Under the pieces are notes generated by a model. It did no database searches and was not told the DNA's origin. It saw only the letters and a list, made by a program, of their open reading frames with translations. The position numbers and the translations under genes are program-made. Positions 1 to 9,339 of a stretch of DNA of 61,291 nt are shown piece by piece (position 1 is the first letter of the stretch; each line of letters opens with the position of its first letter). The stretch comes from Candidatus Limnocylindrales bacterium (GTDB lineage: Bacteria > Chloroflexota > Limnocylindria > Limnocylindrales > CSP1-4), in NCBI GenBank assembly GCA_046599085.1, contig JBKJHI010000071.1, forward strand, positions 1 to 61,291, given 5' to 3'.

Positions 1-51
1 CGCCCACCCTCCGACGGCAACGACATCGAGCCTCATGTTCTCTTCGGCCAT
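1..51 (-). CDS. possible 5' end of a CDS running off the left edge (MAEENMRLDVVAVGGWA...)
   Basis: ATG at 49-51 (minus) opens a frame that stays open to position 1. DVVAVGG resembles the start of a dinucleotide-binding fold. Only 17 codons are visible. Confidence 0.2.
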   Translation of the reverse strand, partial: MAEENMRLDVVAVGGWA

Positions 52-114
52 AGCCTGACCCAATACGGTCAATGCTTCGGTCAGCTGCGCAGGGGGGACT
101 TTGGCCACAAAGGA

Positions 115-149
115 AGAATAACTTCTAGATACAGGAAGTCAAACTTCCT
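115..149 (-). promoter_or_regulatory. AT-rich sigma70-like promoter (TTGACT-N16-TATTCT) overlapping a 7-bp hairpin at the deoC stop
   Basis: On the minus strand TTGACT is at 142-137 and TATTCT at 120-115. The inverted repeat AGGAAGT-caa-ACTTCCT lies at 133-149. This is a conspicuous low-GC patch in a GC-rich window, upstream of the left-edge ORF. Confidence 0.35.
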
Positions 150-1158
150 AGTCGAGCGTGAAGTGGTCCGGGTCCTGGTAGCGGCCGGTCCGCTGGAACT
201 CGATCTGCATCAGGACGTCGTTCAGGAGCGATGACGCGCCGAAGCGGAACCAGTCCGGGCTCATCCAGCGCGGCCCGAGCGTCTCGTACAGGACCACGAG
301 GTACTGGATGGCCTCCTTGGCCGTCCGGATGCCGCCGGCCGGCTTCATGCCCACCTGTCGCCCGGTCGCCCGCTCGAAATCGCGGATGGCCTCGAGCATG
401 ACGAGCGTGACGGGCAGGGTCGCGGCGGGAACCACCTTGCCCGTCGATGTCTTGATGAAGTCGGCACCGGCCGCCATGGCCAGGATCGAAGCGCGGCGCA
501 CGTTGTCGTAGGTGCCGAGTTCGCCGGTCTCCAGGATCACCTTGAGGTGGGTGTCGCCGCAGGCCTCCTTGACCTGGACGATCTCCTCGAATACCGTCGC
601 GTAGTCGCCAGACAGGAACGCACCGCGATCGATGACCATGTCGATCTCGTCGGCTCCGGCCTCGATCGCCGCCCGCGTCTCGAGGATCTTGATGTCACGG
701 AACGTCTGGCCGCTGGGGAACCCGGTCGCGACGCTGGCGACCTTGACGGTGCTCCCCTTGAGCGCCTCCTTGGCCTCCGCGACGAGCGCCGGGTAGACGC
801 AGATCGCCGCCACGGACGGGATCGTCGGGTCGCCCGGCTTCGGGCGCATCGCCTTGACGCACAGGGCCCGCACCTTGCCCGGCGTGTCCTTTCCCTCAAG
901 CGTGGTCAGGTCCATCATCCGGATCGCGAGGTCAAGCGCCCACATCTTCGACGCCTTCTTGATCGAGCGCCGCTTCAGCGAATCGACCCGCTCCTCGACA
1001 CCCACCTGGTCAACGGTCGAGACGCGTCCGAGCAGGCTGCCGAGCGGGTCCCCCAGGGCGCGCGAGCGGCCATCCCAGGCACGAACGAGGTCGTCCGCAC
1101 GCTCTCGGGCAAGGCTGTCGGGACGTTTCGTGGCGGTCATCGGACGGTGAGGATACAC
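148..1158 (-). CDS. deoC: deoxyribose-phosphate aldolase (long form)
   Basis: 336-aa ORF with the class I aldolase Schiff-base motif FIKTSTGK and the DMVI/ETGEL pattern typical of DeoC. Start is GTG 1158, or alternatively ATG 1140. Confidence 0.85.
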   Translation of the reverse strand: MYPHRPMTATKRPDSLARERADDLVRAWDGRSRALGDPLGSLLGRVSTVDQVGVEERVDSLKRRSIKKASKMWALDLAIRMMDLTTLEGKDTPGKVRALCVKAMRPKPGDPTIPSVAAICVYPALVAEAKEALKGSTVKVASVATGFPSGQTFRDIKILETRAAIEAGADEIDMVIDRGAFLSGDYATVFEEIVQVKEACGDTHLKVILETGELGTYDNVRRASILAMAAGADFIKTSTGKVVPAATLPVTLVMLEAIRDFERATGRQVGMKPAGGIRTAKEAIQYLVVLYETLGPRWMSPDWFRFGASSLLNDVLMQIEFQRTGRYQDPDHFTLD

Positions 1159-1197
1159 CGGTGTCGGCGCGTACCCGCCAGGCTTAGGGCCGCTGGA

Positions 1198-3372
1198 CTA
1201 GCGGCCTCCGCGCACCTTCGGCAGCGGCGGCAGACGGCGTTTACCGGCGACCAGGAAGTGCGCGAACCAGTCACGCACGACGACGAGGTTCTCGACGCGC
1301 CGGAAGGGCGTCCCGGAGCGCGTCAACTCATGGGTCTCCTCCGGCACGCGGAGCAGCCGCACCGGCCGCCTGTTGGCACGCAGGACGGAGAACATGGCCT
1401 CGGCCTGGCCGATCGTGGTGCGCAGGTCCCGTTCCGAATGCTGGATCAGGAGTGGCGTGGTCGACCGATGCGCGTAGGTGATCGGCGAGATCTCGCGGTA
1501 GTAGTCGGGGTCCTGCCACGGCATCACGTCGAACTCGAGCTCACCCCAGTCGCCCCCACCGATGTCACCGGTGAGGAACAGCATCGTCATGTCACTCACC
1601 GTGCGACAGGTCATCGCCGCCACGAAACGATCATCGTGGGCGACGATCCAGTTCGTGAGATAGCCGCCGTACGAGCCGCCGGTGACACCGAGCCGCGCCG
1701 GGTCGGCCAGACCGTCGTCCACCAGCGCATCGACGCCGGCGAGCACGTCACGCATGGGGCCTGGGCCCCAGTCGCGATGGTTGGCGTCGTTGAACGCCTC
1801 GCCGTACCCCTCCGATCCGCGCGGGTTGCAGAAGAACACGGACGCCCCGGACGCAGCGAGGACCTGGAATTCCCACATCAGCGCCCAGGCGTAGAGCGTG
1901 TGGGGTCCGCCATGGATCTCGGTCACGAGCGGCTGGCGGCCCGCGGCGGCGGGGATCAGCCAACCCTGGATGTCGCGGCCCTCGACCGTGACGTGTCGCT
2001 CCACCGGCTGACGCAACTCGAGCTCGGACAGGACGCCGTCATTGAACGAGGTGAGGCGGCGCGATGTCGTGCCATCGAGCAACCAGATGTCGGCCGGCGC
2101 CGTCGCCGTCGAGCGGAGATAGACGAGGCGTGGCCGACCCCCATGGCCGGGCGTGGCCGCGTCCCACCCGGAGATGACGTGCGGACCGGTCGTCAGGCGC
2201 GTCACGGCGCCGTCCTCGATGGCCAGCCGCCACAGCTCGTAGGCGCCGTCGATCGGTGCGCTGAACGTGATCGACCGCCCGTCCGGGGCGATCCACAGGC
2301 GGGTCGTCTCGGTCGGCTGGACATCGCTGTTGAAGGTCGAGCCGGGCATCAGGTCATGGGGCGCGGAGAGGTTGCGGCCGCCGGCGGCTTGCGCCTCGCT
2401 GCCGTCGGCGGCGAACAGCCAGATGTCGGCGCGGATCCCTGCGCGTCCCCGCAGCTTGTAGCCGAGCGCCGCGACGGTGCGACCGTCGGGCAGCCACGTC
2501 GGGAGCCCGAAGACCGACTGCGGGCCACCCGTGATCGCGGTCGTCGCCCGCGAGACGATGTCGATCACGAAGATCGCCTCACGGAACCGCAGGTCATGGT
2601 CGCGGTGGCGATTCGCGGCGAAGGCGATGCGCGTCCCGTCGGGGCTCCAGGCAGGGTCGATGTCGGAGACCGGACCGTCCGTCAGCCGCTCCGCAGCACC
2701 CGTCGCGCTATCGACGAGCCACAGATGCTCGACTCGGTCGTCGATCATCCCCGGCCCGTTCAGCATGTAGCCCAGGCGATCGACGAACCGGTAGTCGGAT
2801 GGTGGCGGGGACGCAGCCGCGGGCGTGGCGGATGGCGTGGGTGGGTCCAGGCGCCGGCGGCGGCGATCCTCCTCGTACGTGGCCCCGACCGAGGCGGACT
2901 GGACCACCAGGCGTGAGCCATCCGGCGACCAGGCGAAGCCCGACACGCCGCGCGGCAGGTCGGTCAGGCGCCGTGCCTCGCCGCCGGGGGCCGTCATGGG
3001 GAGCAGGTAGACCTGACTGGTGTCCTCCCGGTCCTTCGCCTTGCCGCGGGTCGGTTCCTCCTCGACCAGGGGCCGGCGGTCAGACAGGAACGCGAGCGTC
3101 GTCCCGTCGGGGGAGAACCGGGCGTCCCGGTCGCTGCGGGCACCCATCGTGAGCTGCCGAGGCTCCGGGCCACTCGCCTCCGTCGAGACGAGCCACACGG
3201 CGTTGCGGTACCCGTCGAAGCCTGGAGCGACGGTCTGCATCGTGACGACGACCCAGCGGCCGTCGGGTGACAGACGTGGATCGGTCGCGATCCGCAGGCG
3301 GTACAGGTCGTCGGGGCGCGGTCCTCGAGGCATGAGCGGGAGTGTAGCGGCGCCTCGCGCCGTGGTGTCCAT
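1198..3372 (-). CDS. S9 family serine peptidase (acylaminoacyl-peptidase / prolyl oligopeptidase-like, beta-propeller plus alpha/beta hydrolase)
   Basis: N-terminal repeated SPDG/WSPDG propeller motifs and C-terminal nucleophile elbow GGSYGGY. The ORF runs to 3402, but that start would overlap the divergent gene. ATG 3372 or 3333 is more likely. Confidence 0.85.
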   Translation of the reverse strand: MDTTARGAATLPLMPRGPRPDDLYRLRIATDPRLSPDGRWVVVTMQTVAPGFDGYRNAVWLVSTEASGPEPRQLTMGARSDRDARFSPDGTTLAFLSDRRPLVEEEPTRGKAKDREDTSQVYLLPMTAPGGEARRLTDLPRGVSGFAWSPDGSRLVVQSASVGATYEEDRRRRRLDPPTPSATPAAASPPPSDYRFVDRLGYMLNGPGMIDDRVEHLWLVDSATGAAERLTDGPVSDIDPAWSPDGTRIAFAANRHRDHDLRFREAIFVIDIVSRATTAITGGPQSVFGLPTWLPDGRTVAALGYKLRGRAGIRADIWLFAADGSEAQAAGGRNLSAPHDLMPGSTFNSDVQPTETTRLWIAPDGRSITFSAPIDGAYELWRLAIEDGAVTRLTTGPHVISGWDAATPGHGGRPRLVYLRSTATAPADIWLLDGTTSRRLTSFNDGVLSELELRQPVERHVTVEGRDIQGWLIPAAAGRQPLVTEIHGGPHTLYAWALMWEFQVLAASGASVFFCNPRGSEGYGEAFNDANHRDWGPGPMRDVLAGVDALVDDGLADPARLGVTGGSYGGYLTNWIVAHDDRFVAAMTCRTVSDMTMLFLTGDIGGGDWGELEFDVMPWQDPDYYREISPITYAHRSTTPLLIQHSERDLRTTIGQAEAMFSVLRANRRPVRLLRVPEETHELTRSGTPFRRVENLVVVRDWFAHFLVAGKRRLPPLPKVRGGR

Positions 3373-3400
3373 CGAGCGTCGGCGTACCATCGGGCCTGCC

Positions 3401-4156
3401 ATGACCGACCAGCTCGCCCTGCCCCTGGACGCGGCGGCGGATCGCCTGCCAGAGGTGCCGTCGGTGTCGCCGATGCGCGCCTACCCACTGCCCGAGGCGT
3501 TCGATTCGGCCGATCACCTGTTCGAGCCGTGGTGGGGCGGCGAACGGGCGATGCTCGCGATCGGACCGGCGGACGTGGCTGGTTCGGGCGCGGTCCGCGT
3601 CATCGACGCCGACGGCGTGGACCGCAGCGCAGTACTCCCCGAGCTCGCGGGCACTGGTGTCCGGGTCGCCGCGCGCTCAGCCGTCCTGGATGGCGAGATC
3701 GTCGTGGTCGATGCCGAGGGTCGGGCGGATCCGGCTGCGCTGGCGGTCCGCCTCCGGGGCGATCCAGGGCGATCCGTGGCGTTCCTCGCATTCGACCTCG
3801 TCCACCTCGATGGCCGGTCGCTGCTCGGACAGCCCCTCGTGCGTCGGCGAGCGGCACTGCGTCGGATCCTGCGGCCCGGTGATGAGGTCGTGGCCGTCCC
3901 GGCCATCGCGACCGAGGGTCGCGCGCTGTTCGACGCGATCGTGGCGCAGGGCCTCGCCGGGATGATGGCCCGTCAGCGGCAGGGTCCGTACCTGCCCGGT
4001 GTCCGGTCCCGGCTGTGGCGGTTCATCCCGGCCCGCGCCGGCGATGTGCCAGATGCCGAACTGGCCGCGGCGCCCGCGGAGCCGGCAGCCGATGGCGCCG
4101 CGACGGCACCGGTGCTCGCCCTGCTCAGCCGGCTACCGCTCGACCTCGGATCTTGA
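3401..4156 (+). CDS. ATP-dependent DNA ligase adenylation-domain-like protein with degenerate catalytic motifs (probable pseudo-enzyme)
   Basis: Starts at ATG 3401 (MTDQLALPLD). LigC/LigD-like motifs III (LDGEIVV) and IIIa (FLAFDLVHLDG) are present. Motif I reads WWGGER instead of KxDGxR, motif IV reads AGMMAR, and motif V reads LWRFIP. There is no OB domain. Confidence 0.6.
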   Translation: MTDQLALPLDAAADRLPEVPSVSPMRAYPLPEAFDSADHLFEPWWGGERAMLAIGPADVAGSGAVRVIDADGVDRSAVLPELAGTGVRVAARSAVLDGEIVVVDAEGRADPAALAVRLRGDPGRSVAFLAFDLVHLDGRSLLGQPLVRRRAALRRILRPGDEVVAVPAIATEGRALFDAIVAQGLAGMMARQRQGPYLPGVRSRLWRFIPARAGDVPDAELAAAPAEPAADGAATAPVLALLSRLPLDLGS

Positions 4157-4188
4157 TCGGGGACGGTCTGGCGCCTGGCGCCTCCGAC

Positions 4189-5517
4189 CTAGGAGCCTGC
4201 CCGGCGCGCCGCGGAGATGAACGCACGTAGCCCCGGTCGCTGGCCGTACAGCAGCACACCCGCGGCGTAGACCCGGATGGCGACCGTCGCGATCACGATC
4301 ACGAATCCGACAAGGAGGACGAGTGACAGCACCAGTTCCCACGTCGGCACGTTGCCGGTCATCACCCGCGCGAGCATCGCGAAGGGGCTGAACGGTGGCA
4401 GCAGGGAGGCGAGGCGCGAGATCGGTCCCCCGCCGCCACTGAGCAGGATCGGCAGGGCGACGAGATAGCCGGTCATCGCCAGCAGACTGAGCGGGAGTGA
4501 CAGGGTCTGGAGGTCGTCCGGGCGACTGACGTACGAGCCGACCGCGGCGTACACGAAGGCGAACAGGGTGAACCCCAGGATGAAGAAGACCCCGTAGGCC
4601 AGGAGCAGCGTGGGCGTGAGCGCGCCGGTCGGCACACCGCTCGCTCCCGACGGACCCAGGATCGCCGACGCGAGCCGGTCCTGGAGCGCCAGGACGACGA
4701 GTGCCGGCACGGCCACGGCGAGGTACTGCGTCAGCCCGGCACCGCCGATCCCCGCCACTTTCCCCAGGACGAGCTGGCGCGGCGAGGCGGCGCTGATCAT
4801 CAGCTCCATGACGCGACTGCTCTTCTCGGTGGCGACGCCGGTCGCGACCCACATGCCGTAGATCAGGATCGAGATGAACATCAGCACGATGAACACGGTG
4901 CCGAGGAAGGTCCGGCTGGCGAGCTCGCGCGCATCGATCGGGGCACCACCGCCACCCGTGGGGGCATCCACCGGCTCGATATCGAAGGCGGGGGTCTGGA
5001 AGGGTTCGGCGAAGGCGCCCGGCGGCAGCCTCGCGCTCCAGTCCAGCACGCCGAGACCGAAGGCCGCGATGCTGACCAGCTGGGTCCGCTCGGCGTTCGG
5101 GATCCCGTTGGTCCGATAGCGCGCGGAGAGCTGGCCGCTGGCGAGGCGCTCGACCACGAGGATCCCGTCGATCCGGCCACCGGCCAGCCGCGCTTCGGCA
5201 TCGGTCGCCGACGCTGCATCGATCTGGAATGGCGGGCGGAACTCGTCCGGCGTCGCGCCGGTCGGTGGCGCATTGAGCACGCTGTCGAGGACTGCGACGG
5301 CCCGCGCGCGGAGCTCGCCGTCCGCGGCGACGACATCGATCTGGGTCTGTTGACCCCGGTCCAGATAGCTGATGGTGATCGGCGTCATCGCCACCCCGAT
5401 GGCGAGCAGCATGAGCACGATCGTGGACGCGACGAACAGCGGGCTGCGTGTCCGATCGCGGTATTCGCGACGCGCGACGATCAGCGCATTCGGCAGCAGC
5501 GGGTCGTGTCGCGCCAT
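4189..5517 (-). CDS. ABC-2 type exporter permease (NatB-like)
   Basis: Starts at MARHDPLLPNALIVARREY. One N-terminal TM helix, a large extracytoplasmic loop, then a C-terminal cluster of TM helices. The start lies 1 nt after the stop of the upstream ATPase gene. Confidence 0.8.
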   Translation of the reverse strand: MARHDPLLPNALIVARREYRDRTRSPLFVASTIVLMLLAIGVAMTPITISYLDRGQQTQIDVVAADGELRARAVAVLDSVLNAPPTGATPDEFRPPFQIDAASATDAEARLAGGRIDGILVVERLASGQLSARYRTNGIPNAERTQLVSIAAFGLGVLDWSARLPPGAFAEPFQTPAFDIEPVDAPTGGGGAPIDARELASRTFLGTVFIVLMFISILIYGMWVATGVATEKSSRVMELMISAASPRQLVLGKVAGIGGAGLTQYLAVAVPALVVLALQDRLASAILGPSGASGVPTGALTPTLLLAYGVFFILGFTLFAFVYAAVGSYVSRPDDLQTLSLPLSLLAMTGYLVALPILLSGGGGPISRLASLLPPFSPFAMLARVMTGNVPTWELVLSLVLLVGFVIVIATVAIRVYAAGVLLYGQRPGLRAFISAARRAGS

Positions 5518-5518
5518 G

Positions 5519-6487
5519 TCAGGCGGCGCCCTCGATGATGGCGAGATCCGGGGCGGCGGCGATGGGTCCATCGTCCTCGGCGTCCGCCGAGCGCCCGACC
5601 TTCTCGATGAAGATGGCCTCCAGTGACGGTTCGGCGACCTCGAATCGATTGACCCGGGCGCCGCGCGCGACGGCTGCGGCCAGCACACTCGTCGGATCGA
5701 CGTCGGCCCGGAGCTCGAGCTCGGCGTAGCCAGCGCCCGGCCGCGCCAGGACGACGCCGTGGAGGCTGGTCAGCCATGACGGCAGGGTTTCGCCCTCCAC
5801 GCCCAGGCGAACGGTGTGCGCTCGCGAGGCGCGCTTGAGGTCGCCGAGCGTGCCGGATGCCACGAGACGCCCGTGATCGACGATGGCAACCGCCTCGCAG
5901 AGCGCCTCGGCGGCCTCCATCTGGTGGGTCGAGAAGACGATCGTGCGGCCCTGATCGCGCAACTCGACGAGTGCGGCGCGGAGGAGCGCAAGGTTGACCG
6001 GATCGAGCCCCGTGAACGGCTCGTCCATGAGCAGGACGTCGGGTTCGTGCAGGACCGCGGCGATGAACTGGACCTTCTGCTGGTTGCCCTTGGACAGTTC
6101 ACCGGCACGGCGGGTCGCGTAGTCAGGGATGCGGAACCGCTCGAGCCAGCCGAACGCCTGCGTCCGAGCCCGCTCGGGGGCGATGCCGTAGAGCGAGGCG
6201 AAGTAGACCAGCTGGTCGATGACGGGCATGCGCGGATAGAGCCCGCGCTCCTCGGGCAGGTAGCCCCAGGTCCGGCGCGGCAACCCGGCCGTCGGCTGGC
6301 CGTCCCATCGAACCGAGCCGGCGTCTGCCTCGAGGATCCCGAGGCAGATCCGCATGGTCGTGGTCTTGCCGGCCCCGTTGGCACCGAGGAAGCCGAAGAT
6401 CCGGCCGCGCGGCACCTCGAAGGCAAGGTCGTCGAGTGCGACGGTCTGGGCGAAGCGTTTCGTGATGTGGTCGATCTCGAGGGTCAC
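5519..6487 (-). CDS. ABC transporter ATP-binding protein (NatA-like, ABC-2 subfamily)
   Basis: GTG start (VTLEIDHITKRF). Walker A GANGAGKTT, signature LSKGNQQK, Walker B LLMDEP. The long Arg/Pro-rich N-terminal extension of the raw ORF was discarded. Confidence 0.9.
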   Translation of the reverse strand: MTLEIDHITKRFAQTVALDDLAFEVPRGRIFGFLGANGAGKTTTMRICLGILEADAGSVRWDGQPTAGLPRRTWGYLPEERGLYPRMPVIDQLVYFASLYGIAPERARTQAFGWLERFRIPDYATRRAGELSKGNQQKVQFIAAVLHEPDVLLMDEPFTGLDPVNLALLRAALVELRDQGRTIVFSTHQMEAAEALCEAVAIVDHGRLVASGTLGDLKRASRAHTVRLGVEGETLPSWLTSLHGVVLARPGAGYAELELRADVDPTSVLAAAVARGARVNRFEVAEPSLEAIFIEKVGRSADAEDDGPIAAAPDLAIIEGAA

Positions 6488-6538
6488 GAGTCCGAGGATA
6501 GCCCGGCATCTGCCGTTCCGCCGCTGACCCGATGGTCC

Positions 6539-6616
6539 GGGGCTGGGGGTCGGGGCGGCAGCGGGGCGCAGCGGGGCGCAGCGGGGCGCGGCCGGCCGGC
6601 GAGCGGGGCGGCGGGG
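6539..6616. repeat. G-run array including three tandem 10-bp units (GCGGGGCGCA), a candidate G-quadruplex tract
   Basis: Read directly: at least seven GGGG/GGGGG runs between 6539 and 6614. The 10-mers lie at 6561-6570, 6571-6580 and 6581-6590. The tract sits in the 152-nt spacer between the P-type ATPase stop and the ABC ATPase start. Confidence 0.6.
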
Positions 6617-6639
6617 CCGGCCGGGCCGGCTGAGTCCCC

Positions 6640-9255
6640 TCAGGCCACCCAACGAGCGTGGAACCTGGCACGGACCCCTTCTGCGAACAACGCGGGGGCC
6701 AGCGCGATGGCTGCGATGACCAGCCACTCCCCGGGGTCCAGCGGCGTGGCGCGGAACGCCTCGGCGGCCAGCGGCACGAAGGGGATCGCGACGGTGATGA
6801 GGATCACGAGGATCACGGCCCCGAGCAGCACCCCATTCGATGCCAGACGATGGATCGGCGTCTGGAGGCTGCGGTTGGCATACGCTCGAACGACCTGTGC
6901 GACGACGAGCGATGTGTATGCGAACCAGCGGACATGTTCCGCATCGCCCGGAGCGGCGAGCATGATGCCGAGCGCCGCGACCGCGGAGAAGCCACCGGCG
7001 AGCACGATCCGGCCAAGCAGGCCGTTGTCGAGCAGCGGCACGTCGCGCCGGCGGGGCGGACGGCGCATCAGGTCGGGCTCGGGCGCCTCGCGCTCGAACG
7101 CGATCGAGGTCGACAGGTCGATGAACAGCTCCATCCACAGGATCTGGAGCGGCAGCAGCGGCTGATGGAAGCCGGCGATCGTGGCGATGAGGATGAACCC
7201 GAGCAGGGCGACGTGGGTCGAGATGATGAAGACCAGACCCTTCTGGACGTTGTCGACGATCCGCCGACCCTCCGCCAGCCCGTACAGCAGGGTCGAGAAC
7301 GCGTCGTCGCCGAGCACCAGGTCGGAGGCGCCCTTGGCGACCGCCGTCCCGGAACCCATGGCCACCGCGACATCGGCACGCTGGAGCGCCGGTGCGTCGT
7401 TGACGCCGTCACCGGTGACCGCGACGGTCCGACCCGCGGCGCGCGCCAGGCGCACCAGTCGCTCCTTGCCGCTGGGCGTCGAGCGAGCGATCACATGCAG
7501 GCTCGGCAGCCGCGCCGTCAGTGCCGCGTCATCGAGCAGGTCGAGGTCGTCGCCGAGCGCCACGTCGCCGTCGGGACCATGCAGTCCGGCGGCCTCGGCG
7601 ATGGCCGCCGCGGTGGCCGGGTGATCGCCGGTGACGACGATCGTCGAGATGCCGGCCGCTCCAGCCGTGGCGAATGCCTCGCGGATCCCGGTTCGCAATG
7701 GGTCGGCGAACCCGATGAGCGCCGTCATGACCGGCGCTCCATCCCGCCTCCCAACGGCCAGACCGACGACCCGTTGCCCTGACCTCGCGTGATCCCCGAC
7801 CAGCTCGTGCCAGGCGCGACGGTCCGCGTCGTCAACGGCGGTCGCCGCGATGACCGCCTCCGGGGCGCCGAGCAGCCGCACGACGCCATCGCGGGTCACC
7901 GTCCTGGCATAGCGCCGTCCGTCAGTTACTGGCTCGACGTCCTCGACCTCGGCCGGGTCGAGATCCGGCACGTGACCCGCCGTCTCCAGCGCCTCCAGCA
8001 ACGCCCGTGTGAACGACCCTGGAACGGCACCGGACCGGCGGAGCCACGCATCGTCCTCGGCGCGGAGTGCATGCTCCAGGACGACGGACCGTTCCGAGCC
8101 AGCGTCCAGCGAACCGTCCAGCGTGCAGACCGTCGCGACCTCGAGGCGATTCCGGGTCAGGGTCCCGGTCTTGTCCGTGACGATGAGGTCCACCGCCCCG
8201 AGGGTCTCCTCGGCGCTGAGCCGCCGGACGAGGACCCCGCGGCGGAGCAGTCGGAATGCGCCGAGTCCCAACAGTACGGCCAGCAGGATCGGTGGTTCCT
8301 CCGGGATGGCTGCGATCGCCGCGGAGATCCCCGCAAGGACATTCGCCCCGGCTGGCTGGCCGCGCAGGAACCCGAGGGACACGACGATCGCGATCAGAAC
8401 GATGGCCAGGACCAGGAGGATGCGGACTAGTCGATCGAGCTCTGCCTGGAGCGGCGAGCGGCGGCGCTCGACCGTGCCGAGTCCACCGGCGATCCGACCG
8501 ACTTCGGTCGCGGTGCCGATCGCGACGACGACGCCCGTTCCGCGGCCACCGACGACGGGGCTGCCCGCGTAGGCCATCGCGCGGCGTTCGGCGAGCGGCG
8601 TGCCGCTCGGGTCCGCCGCGATGGCGCCGGCGTCCGGCACGGATTCCCCGGTCAGCGCGCTGCGATCGAGCAGCAGTCGATCGGCGACGAGCAGACGGAG
8701 GTCGGCCGGCACGAGATCCCCGGCCCGCAGCAGGACGATGTCGCCGGGTACGAGCTTGCCGGCCTGGATCTCGGACGTCGCGCCGTCGCGCCGGACCGTG
8801 GCCACAGGCGCGGCCGCGTCGCGCAGCGCCTCGAGGGCACGTTCACCGCGGAATTCGGTGACGACGTCCGCACCGATGATGGGGATGAGCCCCATGAGCA
8901 CGAACAGGCCGTCGCGGATCTCCCCGAGCAGGATCGCGCCGATGCCAGCGGCAAGCAGGAGCAGCACGAACGGCTCGGTGGCGGCCTCCAGGATCATGCC
9001 CGGCACGGACTCGCGTCGAGCCGGCTCGAGTTCGTTCGGACCGGCCGCCGCGGCCCGTGCCGCCACCTCGTCGCCGGACAGTCCCCGTCCCGGGTCCACG
9101 CGGAGTCCCGCCGCGACCGCCGACGCGGAGCGCAGGTGCGGCTCGATCGGCTCGATCGGCTTGATCGGCTCGATCGGTTCGATCGGCTTGTTCGGCTTGT
9201 TCGGCTCGATCGGTTCGGCCTCTCCAGTCCGCTGCATCGACATCACAACCATCAT
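6640..9255 (-). CDS. cation-transporting P-type ATPase (type II-like)
   Basis: Motifs DKTGTLT, TGDGVNDAPAL and TGES, with about 10 TM segments. Start chosen at MMVVMSMQRTG (ATG 9255). The raw ORF extends to 9873 with non-protein-like composition. Confidence 0.9.
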   Translation of the reverse strand: MMVVMSMQRTGEAEPIEPNKPNKPIEPIEPIKPIEPIEPHLRSASAVAAGLRVDPGRGLSGDEVAARAAAAGPNELEPARRESVPGMILEAATEPFVLLLLAAGIGAILLGEIRDGLFVLMGLIPIIGADVVTEFRGERALEALRDAAAPVATVRRDGATSEIQAGKLVPGDIVLLRAGDLVPADLRLLVADRLLLDRSALTGESVPDAGAIAADPSGTPLAERRAMAYAGSPVVGGRGTGVVVAIGTATEVGRIAGGLGTVERRRSPLQAELDRLVRILLVLAIVLIAIVVSLGFLRGQPAGANVLAGISAAIAAIPEEPPILLAVLLGLGAFRLLRRGVLVRRLSAEETLGAVDLIVTDKTGTLTRNRLEVATVCTLDGSLDAGSERSVVLEHALRAEDDAWLRRSGAVPGSFTRALLEALETAGHVPDLDPAEVEDVEPVTDGRRYARTVTRDGVVRLLGAPEAVIAATAVDDADRRAWHELVGDHARSGQRVVGLAVGRRDGAPVMTALIGFADPLRTGIREAFATAGAAGISTIVVTGDHPATAAAIAEAAGLHGPDGDVALGDDLDLLDDAALTARLPSLHVIARSTPSGKERLVRLARAAGRTVAVTGDGVNDAPALQRADVAVAMGSGTAVAKGASDLVLGDDAFSTLLYGLAEGRRIVDNVQKGLVFIISTHVALLGFILIATIAGFHQPLLPLQILWMELFIDLSTSIAFEREAPEPDLMRRPPRRRDVPLLDNGLLGRIVLAGGFSAVAALGIMLAAPGDAEHVRWFAYTSLVVAQVVRAYANRSLQTPIHRLASNGVLLGAVILVILITVAIPFVPLAAEAFRATPLDPGEWLVIAAIALAPALFAEGVRARFHARWVA
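9140..9220. repeat. nine tandem 9-bp units (GGCTCGATC and variants) inside the ATPase 5' coding region
   Basis: Units were read at 9140, 9149, 9158, 9167, 9176, 9185, 9194, 9203 and 9212. They encode EPIEPNKPNKPIEPIEPIKPIEPIEP right after the start codon. Confidence 0.9.
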
Positions 9256-9339
9256 CGCCGACCGCCTGAGGTGATGCGCATGGCCGAGCGGCCCGTTCTC
9301 GCGGGCGCTCCGGCAGGGAGGGCGTGCGACAATCCGGGC

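Noticed and set aside
547-2916. 789-aa plus-strand ORF overlapping deoC and the S9 peptidase
   Set aside because: It is antisense to two genes with clear family motifs. Its translation is Arg/Gly/Asp/Pro-rich with no recognisable domain. This is the typical open antisense frame of GC-rich DNA.
9140-9220. CRISPR array (also considered for 6561-6590 and 14868-15135)
   Set aside because: The units are 9-10 bp or coding-repeat blocks that directly abut each other with no spacers. Two of the three lie in frame inside genes. No cas genes are present.
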